From NCBI GenBank assembly GCA_016212215.1, contig JACRGV010000009.1:63-64062 (forward strand): 64,000 bases of DNA, read 5' to 3'. A program made the position numbers and the translations under genes. Every line of letters begins with the position of its first letter. Within the stretch, counting starts at the first letter, position 1. The DNA is from Nitrospirota bacterium. GTDB taxonomy: Bacteria; Nitrospirota; 9FT-COMBO-42-15; HDB-SIOI813. Below are positions 40,563 through 51,293 of the stretch, piece after piece. Below the pieces are notes generated by a model. That model saw only the letters and a list, made by a program, of their open reading frames with translations. It was not told the origin of the DNA and ran no database searches.

Positions 40563-41861
40563 ATGCCAATGACTTTAACAGAAAAAATATTAGCGAGACA
40601 TGCACACAGAGACAGTGTAAAACCCGGAGATAATGTATGGGTTGATGTAGATGTCCTTATGACCCATGATGTCTGCGGCCCGGGCACGATAGAGATTTTT
40701 AGACGTGAATTCGGGGCAGGGGCAAAGGTTTGGGATCGTGAACGGGTTGTAATTATCCCTGACCACTACATTTTTACGGAAGATGTTTATGCAAGAAGAA
40801 ATATAGATATCCTGCGTGAGTTTGCAATAGAACAGGGGATTAAAAACTTCTATGACGTGGGTTCTCCTAATTATAAGGGAGTTTGTCATGTAGCCCTATC
40901 AGAGGAAGGGCATACAAGACCCGGTGAAGTCCTGTTCGGTACTGACTCTCACACATGCACGGCAGGTGCATTCGGTGAATTTGCAACAGGCATAGGAAAT
41001 ACTGATGCCGCCTTTATCCTTGGAACCGGTAAGCTCTGGGTTAAGGTGCCTCCGACAATGAGATTTGTGTTTGAAGGAGAGATACCGCCGTATCTGATGG
41101 CAAAGGATTTGATACTCCATATTATCGGCGATATTGGTGTGGATGGAGCAACTTATAAGGCAATGGAATTTGCAGGAGAGGGGATTTCAGGACTCTCAGT
41201 AGAAGAACGTATGACGATCTGCAATATGGCCATCGAGGCAGGTGGAAAGAACGGGATAATTGCACCTGATGACAAGGCTGTTGCCTTTGTGAAGCAGAGG
41301 ACAAAAATACCTTTTCAGCCGCTTTATGGAGATGCTAATGCAGTTTATGAATCTGTAAAGGTTTATAAGATGAAAGACCTTGAACCTGTTGTTGCAAAAC
41401 CCCATTCACCTGATAACAAGGCCCTTGTTAGAGAGGTAAAAGGTACCAGGGTTGACAGGTGTTATATCGGTTCCTGTACCGGAGGGAAGTTAGAGGACTT
41501 CATGGCTGCTGCAAGGATATTTAAGAGGAACAATGCAAAAGTGGAGACATATATAGTACCATCAACCACAGAGGTCGAAAGGCGTTTAAAAGAGGAAAAG
41601 ATTGATGGAGAAACCCTCTATTCTATCTTCCAGAGGGCGGGAGTAAAGATTTCTGATAATGCATCCTGTGCCGCATGTCTCGGCGGACCGCCGGACACCT
41701 TTGGACGGCTCAGCGGGGATGAGGTATGTATCTCTACAACCAACAGAAATTTCCCCGGCAGAATGGGTTCAAAAGGTTCTCAGGTATACCTTGCATCACC
41801 ACTGACAGTAGCAGCATCAGCAGTCAGGGGTGTGATAACAGACCCGCGGGAGTTTGTGTGA
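40563..41861 (+). CDS. leuC: 3-isopropylmalate dehydratase large subunit
   Basis: GTDSHTCT.GAFG, IGSCTGG, CAACLG, STTNRNFPGRMG. Confidence 0.93.
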   Translation: MPMTLTEKILARHAHRDSVKPGDNVWVDVDVLMTHDVCGPGTIEIFRREFGAGAKVWDRERVVIIPDHYIFTEDVYARRNIDILREFAIEQGIKNFYDVGSPNYKGVCHVALSEEGHTRPGEVLFGTDSHTCTAGAFGEFATGIGNTDAAFILGTGKLWVKVPPTMRFVFEGEIPPYLMAKDLILHIIGDIGVDGATYKAMEFAGEGISGLSVEERMTICNMAIEAGGKNGIIAPDDKAVAFVKQRTKIPFQPLYGDANAVYESVKVYKMKDLEPVVAKPHSPDNKALVREVKGTRVDRCYIGSCTGGKLEDFMAAARIFKRNNAKVETYIVPSTTEVERRLKEEKIDGETLYSIFQRAGVKISDNASCAACLGGPPDTFGRLSGDEVCISTTNRNFPGRMGSKGSQVYLASPLTVAASAVRGVITDPREFV

Positions 41862-41875
41862 AAATAACCTCTTAG

Positions 41876-42065
41876 ATTTCCCTCCCCCTTGAGGGGGGAG
41901 GGGCAGGGTGGGGGTGAGCTATGGAGATAATCAGATGAACTCCCATGAAACAGGGTTTTACAAAGGGGCATGAAAATCAGCGGGACAAGAATGTCCCGCC
42001 TATCCTCAATTTACACATGGATAGGCGGGGTTTTCTTACCCCGCCGGAGGAATTTTTCGAATGAA
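41876..42065 (+). repeat. composite array: A/B-like palindrome - linker - C
   Basis: linker at 41928-41976; C at 41981-42047; ends TTTTTCGA-ATG of leuD. Confidence 0.88.
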
Positions 42066-42621
42066 AGATATTATCAGGGGTAAAGCCTACGTTCTATGCA
42101 ATGACATTGATACTGACCAGATTATTCCGGCACAGCATCTTGTGTACAGCCTGAGTGACCATGAAGAGAGGAAGATGTACGGACGGTTTGCATTATCAAG
42201 CGTCCCGGATTCTCTGGCCGGTCTGCCTGATGGACATATCAGGTTTGTTAAAGATGATACCTTTAAATCAGAGTTTAATATAATTATAGCCGGTAAGAAT
42301 TTCGGATGCGGCTCATCGCGTGAACATGCACCGATTGCTTTGAACATAGCAGGGGTCGAGGCAGTTGTTGCTGAATCTTATGCAAGGATTCATTACAGAA
42401 ACGTTGTTGACGGCGGTTTCTTTATCCCCTTTGAAATAAATCAGCATATTTATAAGGAAGCAAAAACAGGGGATGACATTGAAATTGATGTAAAGAAAGG
42501 CATCCTTAAAAACCTTTCACAGGACAAGGAATATAAACTTCAGCCATTGGGTGATGTAGAAGCAATACTGCGGGCCGGTAGTATATTTGAGTATGCCAGG
42601 CAAGAGGGGATGCTGAAGTAA
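42061..42621 (+). CDS. leuD: 3-isopropylmalate dehydratase small subunit
   Basis: DIDTDQIIPA, NFGCGSSREHAP, SYARI. Confidence 0.93.
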   Translation: MKDIIRGKAYVLCNDIDTDQIIPAQHLVYSLSDHEERKMYGRFALSSVPDSLAGLPDGHIRFVKDDTFKSEFNIIIAGKNFGCGSSREHAPIALNIAGVEAVVAESYARIHYRNVVDGGFFIPFEINQHIYKEAKTGDDIEIDVKKGILKNLSQDKEYKLQPLGDVEAILRAGSIFEYARQEGMLK

Positions 42622-42636
42622 GAAGATTGATGCTAT

Positions 42637-42795
42637 AGGCAAGAATTAAGAAGTAAGAAGCAAGAAGATAGAGACACAAGTTAGAGAAAAAAAGATACCC
42701 ACCCTCACCCGGACCCTCTCCCTGAGGGAGAGGGTGCTTAGATTATTCCCTCCCCTTCAAGGGGAGGGTTAGGGTGGGGATGGGGTTATTTTCAG
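42637..42795 (+). repeat. heptamer tract plus family A palindromic repeat
   Basis: AGAAGTA AGAAGCA tract; CCCTCACCCGGACCCTCTCCCTGAGGGAGAGGG...A core. Confidence 0.85.
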
Positions 42796-42808
42796 GAGAT
42801 AATTCACA

Positions 42809-43894
42809 ATGACTACTACTTACAAGATAGCGGTTTTTCCGGGTGATGGGATTGGGAGGGAGATTGTTCCTCAGGCGGTCAGGGTTCTAAAGGCCATCAG
42901 TAATAAGTATAATATTAATCTTGAATTGCAGGAGGCATTGGTCGGGGGCAGTGCGATTGATGCGTACGGGATACCTCTGCCGGAGGAGTCGCTGAATATT
43001 GCACTTCACAGCGATGCAGTATTGCTTGGTGCTGTAGGGGGGCCAAAATGGGAGGGGTTAGATTATTCCATCAGGCCTGAAAGGGCATTGCTTGGACTAA
43101 GGGAGAAGCTCGGATTATTTGCGAATCTGAGACCGGCAAGGCTCTTCTCATCTCTTGCTGATGCTTCTACACTAAAGAGGTCAGTAATAGACGGTATTGA
43201 TATAGTAGTTATAAGAGAATTAACCGGCGGGATATACTTTGGTAAGCCGAGGGGTATAGAAAAGATTGATGGAGAGGAAAGGGGTATAAATACAGAGGTA
43301 TATACAACCCATGAAATTGAACGTATTGCAAGGCTTGGCTTCCAGGTTGCAAAAAGCAGGCGCGGTAAATTATGCTCTGTTGATAAGGCAAATGTACTGG
43401 AGTCTTCAGAGCTTTGGAGAAGGGTGGTAATCGGCATACACAAGGAATATGAAGAGGTGGAGTTGTCTCATATATATGTAGATAATTGTGCCATGCAGTT
43501 GATAAGGAATCCACGGCAATTCGATGTCATATTAACCAGCAATATGTTCGGCGATATCCTGAGTGATGAGGCGGCTATGCTTACAGGGTCAATCGGTATG
43601 CTTCCATCTGCAAGTATCGGCGGTGAGACAGGGATGTACGAACCTATTCATGGGAGCGCCCCGGATATTGCCGGTCAGGACAAGGCAAATCCAATTGCCA
43701 CAATACTCTCAGTGGGGATGATGTTGAAATATTCATTCGGCCTGGACATTGCTTATGAGGAGATTGAGTCTGCTGTTAACAGGGTTCTGGAAAAAGGCTA
43801 TCGTACTGCAGACATATATTCTGAGGGGGCGCAGGATACCCGGCTTGTCGGCACAATTGAGATGACAGATATTATTCTAAATGAACTTACGTAA
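42809..43894 (+). CDS. leuB: 3-isopropylmalate dehydrogenase
   Basis: [39 protein letters not shown]. Confidence 0.97.
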   Translation: MTTTYKIAVFPGDGIGREIVPQAVRVLKAISNKYNINLELQEALVGGSAIDAYGIPLPEESLNIALHSDAVLLGAVGGPKWEGLDYSIRPERALLGLREKLGLFANLRPARLFSSLADASTLKRSVIDGIDIVVIRELTGGIYFGKPRGIEKIDGEERGINTEVYTTHEIERIARLGFQVAKSRRGKLCSVDKANVLESSELWRRVVIGIHKEYEEVELSHIYVDNCAMQLIRNPRQFDVILTSNMFGDILSDEAAMLTGSIGMLPSASIGGETGMYEPIHGSAPDIAGQDKANPIATILSVGMMLKYSFGLDIAYEEIESAVNRVLEKGYRTADIYSEGAQDTRLVGTIEMTDIILNELT

Positions 43895-44321
43895 TCCTCT
43901 GGAATCCTTGTACAATAAAAAACAACTTTTTATTTCAGTTGTAAGTATTCTTATACTACTTGTATCTGTTGTTACAGGCTGTGCAACTGTTGAGGTGAAT
44001 GAGAGCAATGATGGTCCATATATAGTATCTACTTATCCTTCCTCAGGTGATTTTAATATATCAAGACTTACAGACATTAGTATAAGATTCAGTGAGTCAA
44101 TGGACACAGAAACCCAGGCTGAATTCAGGATGTTATTAAGCGGTTCAAAGGTGGATGGTGAGACGAGGTGGATGGATTCAAATACCATGCTTGCATTCAG
44201 GCCGTACAAGCCTCTTGAGGCAAACAGCCTGTATCAGTGCATTTTAGGGATAGGGAAGTCTAAGGAAGGTAAGGGGCTAAGAGGGGCGCCGTATATATGG
44301 ATGTTCAGCACCGGGAACTGA
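43881..44321 (+). CDS. lipoprotein with a single Big_5 Ig-like domain
   Basis: VTGC lipobox, P.IVSTYP, FSESMD, W.FST. Confidence 0.75.
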   Translation: MNLRNPLESLYNKKQLFISVVSILILLVSVVTGCATVEVNESNDGPYIVSTYPSSGDFNISRLTDISIRFSESMDTETQAEFRMLLSGSKVDGETRWMDSNTMLAFRPYKPLEANSLYQCILGIGKSKEGKGLRGAPYIWMFSTGN

Positions 44322-44344
44322 CAAGTGCAGTGTGCGGAATGAGC

Positions 44345-44475
44345 AAAACCCCACCCTCACCTTAATCCTCTCCCTGAGGGAGAGGAAATTTCCCACCCAT
44401 TTAAGGGGGAAGTTAGTGTGCCATGCTTAAATTCCCTCCCCTTCAAGGGGAGGGTTAGGGTGGGGATGGGGTTAT
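44345..44475 (+). repeat. family A palindromic repeat
   Basis: CCCCACCCTCACC...CCCTCCCCTTCAAGGGGAGGGTTAGGGTGGGGATGGGG. Confidence 0.85.
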
Positions 44476-44506
44476 ATAGTAAGAACAAGTTAGCCGGAGG
44501 TTATTA

Positions 44507-45520
44507 ATGCTAAAAAAAGATAAATATACTGTGGCGGTTGTCGGGGCTACCGGTGCGGTGGGGAAGGAGATGATTCAGGTTCTGGAGGAGAGGCGGTTTC
44601 CGGTTGGGAAACTCAGGCTGTTTGCCTCTATGAGATCTGCAGGGGATTCCCTTTCATATAGGGACGAAGACCATAGGGTGGAACTGCTTCAGGATAATTC
44701 ATTTGAGGGTGTGGATATTGCATTATTTTCTGCAGGGGAAAAGATTAGTCTTGAGTTTGCACCAAAGGCAGTGGAGAGCGGGGCAATTGTTATTGATAAT
44801 AGTTCTGCCTTCCGTATGACACCTGAAGTGCCTTTAGTTGTTCCTGAGGTTAATCCTGATGCAGTTAAACAACATAAAGGCATAATAGCGAACCCCAACT
44901 GTTCAACCATTCAAATGGTGGTTGCCTTAAAACCTTTGCATGAAAAGGCAACAATAAAAAGGGTTGTTGTCACCACATTTCAATCTGTATCAGGAAAAGG
45001 GAAAGAGGCGATGGATGAACTATTTGAACAGACAAAGGCGATCGTGAGTTTTCAGGATCCTGTAATTGAAGTCTTCCCCTATCAGATTGCATTCAACTGT
45101 CTTCCGCACATAGATGTATTTCTTGACAACGGCTATACAAAGGAAGAGATGAAGATGGTCAATGAGACAAAGAAGATATTGGAAGATGACAGCATAAGGG
45201 TTACAGCAACAACGGTCCGTGTGCCGGTATACATTTGTCATTCAGAGGCCGTAAATGTTGAGACAGAAGAAAAGATAACTGCAAATGAGGCAAGGGCATT
45301 ATTGTCCGAAACACCAGGAATAATTGTCTTCGATGACCCACAGAAAAATATTTACCCGGTACCTCTTGAAGTATCAGGAAAAGACGAGGTATACGTCGGC
45401 AGAATACGAGAAGATGAATCAATAGAGAACGGATTAAACCTCTGGGTCGTTGCGGACAACCTGAGAAAAGGCGCCGCCACAAATGCGGTTCAGATTGCCG
45501 AATTGTTGATAAAACCATGA
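44507..45520 (+). CDS. asd: aspartate-semialdehyde dehydrogenase
   Basis: GATGAVG, IANPNCST, DNLRKGAATNAVQIAE. Confidence 0.97.
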   Translation: MLKKDKYTVAVVGATGAVGKEMIQVLEERRFPVGKLRLFASMRSAGDSLSYRDEDHRVELLQDNSFEGVDIALFSAGEKISLEFAPKAVESGAIVIDNSSAFRMTPEVPLVVPEVNPDAVKQHKGIIANPNCSTIQMVVALKPLHEKATIKRVVVTTFQSVSGKGKEAMDELFEQTKAIVSFQDPVIEVFPYQIAFNCLPHIDVFLDNGYTKEEMKMVNETKKILEDDSIRVTATTVRVPVYICHSEAVNVETEEKITANEARALLSETPGIIVFDDPQKNIYPVPLEVSGKDEVYVGRIREDESIENGLNLWVVADNLRKGAATNAVQIAELLIKP

Positions 45521-45554
45521 TGAGTTACAGCTTACAAATGATGATAAATATAAA

Positions 45555-45725
45555 GCCCCCTCACCCGGTGCCCCCCCCGCCTGCCTCCCCCCGCAAAGGA
45601 GGGGGGAGGAATTTGGTAGGAATTTAATTGCAGCTCTCCCGCCAGGGGAGAGGGAGGCTAACGTTTATTCCCCCTCCCTTGACGGGAGGGGGTTAGGGGG
45701 AGGGTGAGCTACGAAGATTTTCAGG
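45555..45725 (+). repeat. compound family B repeat, near-identical to 51868-52032
   Basis: shared CCTGCCTCCCCC..GCAAAGGAGGGGGGAG.AATTTGGTAGGAATTTAATTGCAGCTCTCCCGCCAGGGGAGAGGG. Confidence 0.88.
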
Positions 45726-45732
45726 AGAACTA

Positions 45733-46893
45733 ATGAACAGAATATACCTTGACCATGCAGCGACTACTCCAATAAGGCCGGAAGTTATTGAGGCTATGCA
45801 GCCTTATTTCAGCAATTTCTTTGGGAATCCATCGAGCCTCCATTATTTCGGGAAGGAGACTGCAAATGCTATTAAAGACGCAAGAGAGAAGATTGCGGCA
45901 ATAATAGGGGCGCGTTGGGATGAGATTGTCTTTGTAAGCGGCGGGACAGAATCGGACAATCTTGCCATATTCGGTACCGCCTTTGCGAACAGGGATAAGG
46001 GAAGGCATATAATAACATCATGTATTGAACATCATGCTGTTCTTGAACCATGTCGCTTCCTTGAGAGGGAGGGATGGAAGGTCACGTATCTTCCGGTAGA
46101 CAGATATGGGATGGTAAATCCTGAAGATGTAAAAGATGCAATTACTGATGAGACATTTTTAATCTCAATTATGCATGCTAATAATGAAATAGGCACTATT
46201 CAGCCTATGAAGGAGATAGGGGCAATTGCAAAGGAGAGGGGTGTCATATTTCATTCAGATGCTGTTCAGACGTTTTCCCATATTCATGTAAATGTTGACG
46301 AACTTAATGTAGACCTGCTTTCTTTCTCCGGTCATAAATTCTATGGTCCTAAAGGTATCGGTGGTCTTTATGTAAGAAAAGGTACTGCAATATCTCCTCA
46401 TATACATGGGGGGTATCAGGAGTTTAAACTCAGGGCCGGTACAGAAAATGTTGCAGGGATTGTAGGTGTTGCAAAGGCAGTACAGCTTGCATCTCTTGAG
46501 ATGGTTGCACAGACCGCTTATGTAATGTCCCTGAGGGACAGGCTTGTTGAGTCCATTCTTGAGATAGATGGTATTAAACTTAACGGGCATCCAGGGAACA
46601 GGCTCCCCAATAATATAAATATTACTGTTGATTTTGTTGACGGAGAGGCAATGCTGATAAACCTTGATTTCAAAGGTATTGCAGTATCCACAGGCTCTTC
46701 ATGCAGGTCTGCGATTAAAGGGCCGTCACATGTGTTAACCGCTATCGGCAGGACGTATGAAGAGGCGAGGAGCGCCGTTAGAATCACACTCGGTAAGGAT
46801 AACACTGAAAAAGAGATTGTCTACTTTATTGAGGTTTTTAAAGATATTTTAACTAACCTGAGAAAGATGTCGCCGGTGTATCAAAAGCAGTGA
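45733..46893 (+). CDS. iscS: cysteine desulfurase (IscS/NifS)
   Basis: YLDHAATTP, SGGTESDN, SGHKFYGPKG, STGSSC. Confidence 0.92.
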   Translation: MNRIYLDHAATTPIRPEVIEAMQPYFSNFFGNPSSLHYFGKETANAIKDAREKIAAIIGARWDEIVFVSGGTESDNLAIFGTAFANRDKGRHIITSCIEHHAVLEPCRFLEREGWKVTYLPVDRYGMVNPEDVKDAITDETFLISIMHANNEIGTIQPMKEIGAIAKERGVIFHSDAVQTFSHIHVNVDELNVDLLSFSGHKFYGPKGIGGLYVRKGTAISPHIHGGYQEFKLRAGTENVAGIVGVAKAVQLASLEMVAQTAYVMSLRDRLVESILEIDGIKLNGHPGNRLPNNINITVDFVDGEAMLINLDFKGIAVSTGSSCRSAIKGPSHVLTAIGRTYEEARSAVRITLGKDNTEKEIVYFIEVFKDILTNLRKMSPVYQKQ

Positions 46894-47090
46894 ATAGTGA
46901 ACAGTGAACAGTGAATAGTTAACTACTCAACAGAACAACCAGTGAGAAGCAAGAATAGCATGTAATACCTCCAACTTACACATCCCTTAAGGTCATCCCT
47001 ATCCAGCCAGGGGAGAGGGTGTTAAGTTTATTCCCCCTCCCTTGACGGGAGGGGGTTAGGGGGAGGGTGAGCTATGGATATTTTCACATG
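46890..47090 (+). repeat. AGTGAAY heptamers plus family B repeat
   Basis: GTGAATA GTGAACA GTGAACA GTGAATA overlapping the iscS stop; B at 47031-47086. Confidence 0.85.
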
Positions 47091-48122
47091 ACATATACAT
47101 TATCAGATTTTGATTATACATTTGATCCTTCACTCATAGCACAGTATCCACTGCCTGAACGGGATAGCTCAAGGCTATTGGTTTTAGATAGAAAGCACAA
47201 TAGGATTGAACACAGGAGGTTCTACGAAATAGGTGAGTATCTGAGAGAAGGTGATATGCTCATTGTGAATAATACCCGTGTAATCCCTTGCAGGCTTATC
47301 GGTAAGAAAGAGCATACCGGCGGGATGACCGAACTTCTGCTGATAAAAAGGATTGAAGAAGATGTTTGGGAAGTAATGTTAAAGGGAAGAGCAAAGAAAG
47401 GTAATAAGATCATTTTCTCTTCCTCATTAAATTGTGATGTGCAGGACCGTAGAGATGCCCGTAAAGATGAATATACAATCGTTAAGTTTAATTATTACGG
47501 TGACTGGGATACAATACTTTCAGAAACCGCTAACATACCCATTCCCCCTTATATAAGGAGGAAACCGGTTGAAGGAGATAAGGAATGGTATCAGACGGTT
47601 TTCGCCTTATATAAAGGTTCTATTGCAGCGCCGACTGCCGGGCTGCATTTTACAGAAAAATTGCTGTTTGATTTAAAATCAAAAGGTATTATAATAGCCG
47701 CTGTTACGCTGCATGTCGGTGTAGGGACATTTAAACCTGTTAATGTTGAAAGTATTGATGATCATAAAATGCATCCTGAATATTTTGATGTCAGTAAAGA
47801 GCTTGCTGATACCATAAGAAGGGTTAAAGCAAACGGTGGAAGGATAATTGCCGTCGGCACTACATCAGTCCGTGCATTGGAACATGCGGCAATAAGCGGA
47901 GAGGTAATGGCCGGAAAAGGTGAAACCGGCATATTTATTCATCCCGGATTTAAATTTAATGTTATAGATGCAATGGTAACCAACTTTCACCTTCCTAAAT
48001 CAACCCTTTTAATGCTTGTAATGGCATTAGCAGGGAGGGAAGGTATATTAACTGCATATTCAGAGGCAGTCTCATTGCGTTACCGTTTTTATAGTTATGG
48101 TGACGCAATGTTGATTTTATAA
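47088..48122 (+). CDS. queA: S-adenosylmethionine:tRNA ribosyltransferase-isomerase
   Basis: PIPPYI, AAPTAGLHFT, TLHVG.GTF, TNFHLPKS, YRFYSYGDAM; ATG 47088. Confidence 0.97.
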   Translation: MTYTLSDFDYTFDPSLIAQYPLPERDSSRLLVLDRKHNRIEHRRFYEIGEYLREGDMLIVNNTRVIPCRLIGKKEHTGGMTELLLIKRIEEDVWEVMLKGRAKKGNKIIFSSSLNCDVQDRRDARKDEYTIVKFNYYGDWDTILSETANIPIPPYIRRKPVEGDKEWYQTVFALYKGSIAAPTAGLHFTEKLLFDLKSKGIIIAAVTLHVGVGTFKPVNVESIDDHKMHPEYFDVSKELADTIRRVKANGGRIIAVGTTSVRALEHAAISGEVMAGKGETGIFIHPGFKFNVIDAMVTNFHLPKSTLLMLVMALAGREGILTAYSEAVSLRYRFYSYGDAMLIL

Positions 48123-48136
48123 GAAGAAAGGCAATA

Positions 48137-48853
48137 TTGAGAAATTTCAGAAATAGTGGAACAAGGTTCGGGAAAAGGGACAGCGGTTTTAATCCAAGAT
48201 ATTTGTTTTTTTTAATAATTGCTGCGGCAATAATTGTGACTATTGCGGTGACTGTTTCAAAAGTAAAGACAAAGACCCTTGCTTCTGATATTACCCCGGG
48301 AAAGATACTTCTAAAAGAGATTGGACAGACAAGGAAGGCTCCACACACTGAAGATAACAGCGGAGTTAAGCCATTAGATGGTCAGGCAGATGGTCAGGTT
48401 AATAATGATAAGAAAGAGGGAGAAACGACGCCGGATTCTTTTACCTTCTATAAATCCCTGAACGGCAGGGAAGGTAAGATTATTCCTTTGAGCGGCGCTG
48501 TTGAAAAGGCTGAAAAAGAGAAAAAGGGTGAAGATGCAGAGGTAAAGACTATTCAGCCGGAAAAGATTTTGCAGGTAGAAGAGAAGATAGATAAAAATAT
48601 TGAGAAGATTGTAAAAAAAGAAAATATTTTTTCAGTTCAAATAGCTGCATTCAGCAGTGAGTCAACAGCAAGCGATATTATCAACAGGCTGAAACAATTC
48701 GGTCATTCCCCTTATCTTGTAAGAGAAGAGGATAAGAATGGAAAGAAATTAATAAAGGTTCGAGTCGGAAGATTCGCTTCAATGACAGAAGCCCAGTCAG
48801 TAGCAAATGCATTGAAGAAAGATGGATATGATACGTATGTAATAAAGAATTAA
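48137..48853 (+). CDS. SPOR domain membrane protein (FtsN/DedD-like)
   Basis: single TM, FTFY..L, VQIAAF, KVRVGRF. Confidence 0.85.
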   Translation: MRNFRNSGTRFGKRDSGFNPRYLFFLIIAAAIIVTIAVTVSKVKTKTLASDITPGKILLKEIGQTRKAPHTEDNSGVKPLDGQADGQVNNDKKEGETTPDSFTFYKSLNGREGKIIPLSGAVEKAEKEKKGEDAEVKTIQPEKILQVEEKIDKNIEKIVKKENIFSVQIAAFSSESTASDIINRLKQFGHSPYLVREEDKNGKKLIKVRVGRFASMTEAQSVANALKKDGYDTYVIKN

Positions 48854-48977
48854 GTAGACCCCGCCTTATCTTCAAAATATCAATAAAACCAAAAAAATAT
48901 TGTAAAGAAACACCCACTAAAAAATAAAATAAATTAAAGTCTTTATTTGTGGCATTCGTCTTATTCGTGAGAAAACC

Positions 48978-49043
48978 AGCGGGACAAGAAAGTCCCGCCT
49001 ATCCTAAGTAGAAATGGATAGGCGGGGTTTTCTTACCCCGCCG
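48978..49043. repeat. REP doublet (REPIN-like), family C
   Basis: GCGGGACAAGAAAGTCCCGCCTATC...GATAGGCGGGGTTTTCTTACCCCGCC; five copies (37101, 40463, 41981, 48980, 59372). Confidence 0.9.
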
Positions 49044-49073
49044 TAGGTAACCCATTATATTCGGAGGTGATTT

Positions 49074-50612
49074 ATGCTTGCACGGGTCTTCAGTAGTCTG
49101 TTATTCGGCATGGATGCATCAGTAGTGGAAGTAGAAGTTGATATGGTATTCGGTCTCCCGTTGTTTACTATTGTCGGTCTTCCTGATACTGCTGTCAGGG
49201 AGAGTAAAGAGCGGGTCAGGGCAGCATTACGCAATGCGGGTTTTAAATTTCCTACCAAGAAAATAACCGTAAACCTTGCACCTGCCAACATAAAAAAGGA
49301 AGGCGCCCTCTATGACCTGCCTGTAGCTGTTGCAATCTTGTGTGCTGAAGAGATTATTGATGTAAACAAGGTTAAAGATTTTATGCTGATAGGTGAGCTT
49401 TCATTAGATGGCCGCATAAAACCGGTGAGGGGTGCATTATCAATTGCGATATTGGCAAAGGATAAAGGATTTAAGGGTTTGTTGATCCCGGAGAGTAATG
49501 CAGCAGAGGCCGGCCTGATCAAGGATATAAATATTTACGGTGTCGAATCCCTGTCACAGGTTATCAGTTTTTTTAATAACAGCATTAATCTGAATTCCAG
49601 CAGAACAGATGTTGAGAAATTCTTTTCAGAGCCGGATATTAATGCAGAAGATTTATCTGATGTAAAGGGGCAGGATTATGCAAAAAGGGCATTGGAGGTT
49701 GCTGCAGCAGGCGGTCATAATATTCTTATGATCGGCCCTCCAGGTTCCGGTAAGACCATGCTTGCAAAAAGGTTCACCACTATCCTTCCTCAAATGAGAT
49801 TTGACGAGGTCATTGAGACGACAAAATTATACAGCCTTACCGGCAGTCTGAATAGTAAAATGCCCTTACTTGCTGTAAGGCCTTTCAGGGTTCCTCATCA
49901 CACGATCTCTTATGCAGGGATGGTCGGCGGAGGTCACATCCCAAGACCTGGTGAGATAAGTCTTGCACACAATGGCGTCTTATTTATTGATGAACTCCCA
50001 GAGTTCAGGAGAGATGTTTTGGAGGTATTAAGACAGCCTGTTGAAAATGGATATATTACAGTAACAAGGTCTGCAGGTTCAGTGACGTATCCATCCAGAT
50101 TTATTTTAGTATGTGCAATGAATCCATGCCCCTGCGGCCATTTTATGGATTATGGAAAGGAATGTAAATGTACTGCCCTTCAGATCCGGAGATACCGCAG
50201 TAAAGTTTCCGGTCCTCTCTTGGACAGGATTGACATGCACATCAGCCTCCCCCCTGTTTCTCTAAGAGAAATAATGTCATCAAGGTCAGGTGAGCCGTCA
50301 GTTAATGTAAGAAACAGGGTAGATAAGGTACGGGATGTACAGTTAAAAAGGTATTATAATGAGAAGGGTGTTTCCTCTAATGCGGAAATGAAAGGGCATC
50401 ATGTTGATAAATTTTGCAGGATTAACAAGGCAGGGATGGAGATACTTGAGACTGCAATAAGCAGGCTCGGGTTGAGTGCAAGGGCTTATGATAAGGTCTT
50501 AAAGGTCTCAAGGACAATAGCAGACCTTGATTCAAGGGAAGAGATAATGCCTCAGGATATTTCAGAGGCTATCGGTTACAGGGCATTAGACAGAGGATTG
50601 GATGGTATATAA
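49074..50612 (+). CDS. comM: YifB/ComM Mg-chelatase-like AAA+ ATPase
   Basis: VGLPD.AVRES.ERV, GPPGSGKT, PGEISLAH.GVLF.DE, AMNPCPCG. Confidence 0.93.
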   Translation: MLARVFSSLLFGMDASVVEVEVDMVFGLPLFTIVGLPDTAVRESKERVRAALRNAGFKFPTKKITVNLAPANIKKEGALYDLPVAVAILCAEEIIDVNKVKDFMLIGELSLDGRIKPVRGALSIAILAKDKGFKGLLIPESNAAEAGLIKDINIYGVESLSQVISFFNNSINLNSSRTDVEKFFSEPDINAEDLSDVKGQDYAKRALEVAAAGGHNILMIGPPGSGKTMLAKRFTTILPQMRFDEVIETTKLYSLTGSLNSKMPLLAVRPFRVPHHTISYAGMVGGGHIPRPGEISLAHNGVLFIDELPEFRRDVLEVLRQPVENGYITVTRSAGSVTYPSRFILVCAMNPCPCGHFMDYGKECKCTALQIRRYRSKVSGPLLDRIDMHISLPPVSLREIMSSRSGEPSVNVRNRVDKVRDVQLKRYYNEKGVSSNAEMKGHHVDKFCRINKAGMEILETAISRLGLSARAYDKVLKVSRTIADLDSREEIMPQDISEAIGYRALDRGLDGI

Positions 50613-50618
50613 ATTGCA
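50603..50618 (+). promoter_or_regulatory. possible sigma54 promoter
   Basis: TGGTATATAAATTGCA overlapping the comM stop, ~110 nt upstream of 50727. Confidence 0.5.
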
Positions 50619-50726
50619 TTATTTTCCACTGGGTTATTTAATATCCTTGACAAATTGACTCAAGGTTATTAACATTGTATACGTTTTTTAAATCTTAACA
50701 ACAGGAACAAAAAAGAGGAGGAACAG

Positions 50727-51281
50727 ATGAGAAAGAAACAGATTAAAAGACTATTACTGGCAGGCATAATGACAGCTTGTGTTGCAGGTGTTACCATGAG
50801 CGGTAATTCTTTTGCAGCAGAAGGGACAAATGCCGCAGAAGAAAATCAGGCAATCATGATACTCGAATCAGTAAGGCAGAATTACCTTGCAAGTGTTAGG
50901 TTAGAGTCGCTCAAATCAAAGAACACATTACCATCAAAGAGCCACGCAGACAGCCCTGCTCAGGCATGGTTAAAGAGGGTAAAACCGAGTGAAGTTAATA
51001 TGGTAACCAATAGATATACACAATCGGAACAGAGCGCAGTCCGGATGGAAGGTAAATTGTATTTTACCTCCGGCGATGCATACATTACTAATCTAAAGCA
51101 GAATCCATCAATCCGTTTTGCAAAAGACCCGATTTCAGGGCGGACAGTAGACAAGGCAGAGGCAGCGATATATATTGATGCATCCGGAAGGGCATTATAT
51201 TTCAAGACAGATGATTCATTTAAAAACTTTATAGCCCTTGCTGATACTGGAACAGTGTTCGGGTATTCACAACCAAGGTAG
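50727..51281 (+). CDS. secreted protein with C-terminal YHS-like segment
   Basis: signal peptide, GAGGAGG RBS; KDPISG..VD.....G..LYF......F. Confidence 0.65.
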   Translation: MRKKQIKRLLLAGIMTACVAGVTMSGNSFAAEGTNAAEENQAIMILESVRQNYLASVRLESLKSKNTLPSKSHADSPAQAWLKRVKPSEVNMVTNRYTQSEQSAVRMEGKLYFTSGDAYITNLKQNPSIRFAKDPISGRTVDKAEAAIYIDASGRALYFKTDDSFKNFIALADTGTVFGYSQPR

Positions 51282-51293
51282 AACTAACGAAAA

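Noticed and set aside
50645..50665. FNR box
   Set aside because: CCTTGA...TCAAGG spacing does not fit TTGAT-N4-ATCAA.
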